NCBI GenBank assembly: GCA_016432545.1
Contig: CP066694.1
Location: 1,307,206-1,371,205, forward strand
Reading direction: 5' to 3'
Length of the DNA stretch: 64,000 nt
DNA from: an archaeon
Lineage (GTDB): Archaea > Thermoproteota > Nitrososphaeria > Nitrososphaerales > Gagatemarchaeaceae
The notes beneath the pieces are model-generated. The model was not told the DNA's origin and ran no database searches. It saw only the letters and a list, made by a program, of their open reading frames with translations. Positions 62,416 to 64,000 of this stretch are shown piece by piece (position 1 is the first letter of the stretch; each line of letters starts with the position of its first letter). The translations under genes and the position numbers were made by a program.

Positions 62416-64000
62416 TCATCGAGTGGATCTTCGGCCCCGCCCTCTCCTCTGGGGAGGCGAGGTCCCTCCGTGACCTGCTCGGAAACGCCGTCCCTGGGGG
62501 TAGACTTCCCTCCCGCCCCTCTGTTGGTGCCTCCTCTGCACGTTCGTCGAAACAATGTCAAAGAAGATCCGCCTCTGGTTTATGGTGAAGGTTCTTGCGA
62601 AGAAATCCGCGCCGACGACCATGTCGCCAAGGTCGCGCTCCCCCAGCTCCCGAGCATCGAACCTTTCGAATGAGAGGCTGTCCTCGAGATAGGGCCTGAG
62701 CCTCGAGAAGGGCGCGTCAACGACGACATCCCTAGGAACGGTTTCTTGTTTCGAAGACCGGAGGAGGTCGTTGAGCGCGTCCCTGGCGGCCTCGTAGTTC
62801 TTCCACGCCTCTTCTACGAACCCAGGGAATAGACCGTTCGCCGCCATCACCGTTGAGAGGGACTTGGTGTCTTCAGCGTAGGCCCTGAGGAGTCGGGCCT
62901 TGATGTTCAGCTCGCTCGTCCTGTCAAGGGAGTACAGGAATTGTCGCGCGACCGCTTCGGCGTCCGACTTGTAGGCGTGATTGAGAGAATCGCCGAAAGC
63001 CCCGCAGGCGAGGAAGAATCTCGCAACGTCGTGATCGTTCCTTATCAGAGCGCTCGATATCATGTGGGAAAGGTCCGGCTCGTAGGGAATCTCGCTCATC
63101 AAGAGCCCCTTCCAGGTAGCCTGATGACTGCGGCGGTCTATCGCTCCGATCCCGATCAACCAGTCCTCCGCGAAGGCGACCTCCCTGTGGTCCACCCTTG
63201 ACATGAAGTCAAGCTCCGAGAGCTTGAGGCCGTACTTCGACATCAGGAGCACCAAGTCAAACGGGGTCTCAGTCTCGAGCGACTTGCGCACAGGCTCCGG
63301 GTCGATCTTCGTTGGAATCTGCGCGTCGGTCAGGATGACAGCCCGGCCCGGCTTGAACCGGCCGATCCTCCCCATCATCTGCAGGAGTGAGTTGTTGTCT
63401 ATCTTCCTATAGCGGAGCGTCTTCCGGCCCAGTACATCCTTGCTGTCGATCACGTCGTTGAAGATCAGCACGTTGTCGACGTAGATGTTCACAGAAGAAG
63501 CGATCACATTCGTGGCGAAGATCCTAAGATTCTTGTCCGTCTCTGCCTGCCGCTGAATCTTGTTGATCTCCGACCCGTCGAGGCCCCCGTGGATGTAGAC
63601 TCCCCCGTAGCTGCCCGCGTACTTTTCCACCAGCCGCCTCGTCGGCAAGAAGACTAGCCACGACTCGTCTCGGGGCTGCGTGAAGAGATACTTGGACAGG
63701 GTCATGAACATCTCGTCGAGGCCTCCTGCCTGCTCGATTTCGAGCGAAACGGGGAACCTGCGCCCAGTCATTGTGTAAAGGTTGGAGATTCCCAGGAACG
63801 ACAGAAACTCCTTCGGGTCGATCGTGGCGCTCATGACCCGGAAGAGATTCCTGGACCCCGCCTGCTCCTTCCTCGCAAGAGAGAAGCACAACTCTAGTTG
63901 GGAAGACATCTGGTGGCTCTCGTCAAAGTAGATAGAAGTCTCGGAAACCGAGTTCTCGGCCAGCATCCTCAGCAGGACGCCATCGGTGGTAATTCTGATC
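62416..64000 (-). CDS. DEAH/RHA (HrpA-like) helicase, 5' end outside window
   Basis: TTDGVLLR; DESH; MSAT; GRRFPV; FATNVIASSVNI; QMMGRIGR. Confidence 0.88.
   Translation of the reverse strand, partial: IRITTDGVLLRMLAENSVSETSIYFDESHQMSSQLELCFSLARKEQAGSRNLFRVMSATIDPKEFLSFLGISNLYTMTGRRFPVSLEIEQAGGLDEMFMTLSKYLFTQPRDESWLVFLPTRRLVEKYAGSYGGVYIHGGLDGSEINKIQRQAETDKNLRIFATNVIASSVNIYVDNVLIFNDVIDSKDVLGRKTLRYRKIDNNSLLQMMGRIGRFKPGRAVILTDAQIPTKIDPEPVRKSLETETPFDLVLLMSKYGLKLSELDFMSRVDHREVAFAEDWLIGIGAIDRRSHQATWKGLLMSEIPYEPDLSHMISSALIRNDHDVARFFLACGAFGDSLNHAYKSDAEAVARQFLYSLDRTSELNIKARLLRAYAEDTKSLSTVMAANGLFPGFVEEAWKNYEAARDALNDLLRSSKQETVPRDVVVDAPFSRLRPYLEDSLSFERFDARELGERDLGDMVVGADFFARTFTINQRRIFFDIVSTNVQRRHQQRGGREVYPQGRRFRAGHGGTSPPQRRGRGRRSTR

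Noticed and set aside
1..64000. CRISPR array or rRNA genes
   Set aside because: No regularly spaced repeat-spacer units or rRNA-like sequence seen; intergenic gaps are short.

Overview
Archaeal chromosomal segment with GC-rich codon usage. The gene set (Rio1-KH-top6B-top6A, aIF-2beta/DUF424, divergent FtsZ, split atpI/atpC/atpK, intron-containing tRNAs) points to a Nitrososphaerota/Thaumarchaeota-like host; the lineage is inferred. Bases 1 to about 9530 are a visibly AT-richer accessory island. It encodes a TGT-fold protein missing from the ORF track and cut by the window edge, a wHTH-PUR/PC4-like protein, RHH and wHTH regulators with shared operator boxes, a SWIM-DDE transposase, a small P-loop protein and a fused restriction-modification enzyme. 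The core region holds an intein-split AmmeMemoRadiSam enzyme, trxB, a ribophorin-I-like protein, gcvPA/PB, metG-ahcY-apt-mtaP, grpE-dnaK-dnaJ, topoisomerase VI (top6B has a +1 frameshift), three intron-containing tRNAs, A-type ATPase genes, MarR-MFS and a DEAH/RHA helicase. The complex I operon (nuoH-I-J-K-M-L-M-N) has two notable features: a LAGLIDADG intein inside a NuoI Fe-S motif, and an extra NuoM paired with a lengthened NuoL lateral helix ('2M' type). All family calls come from reading motifs by eye; no database searches were run.
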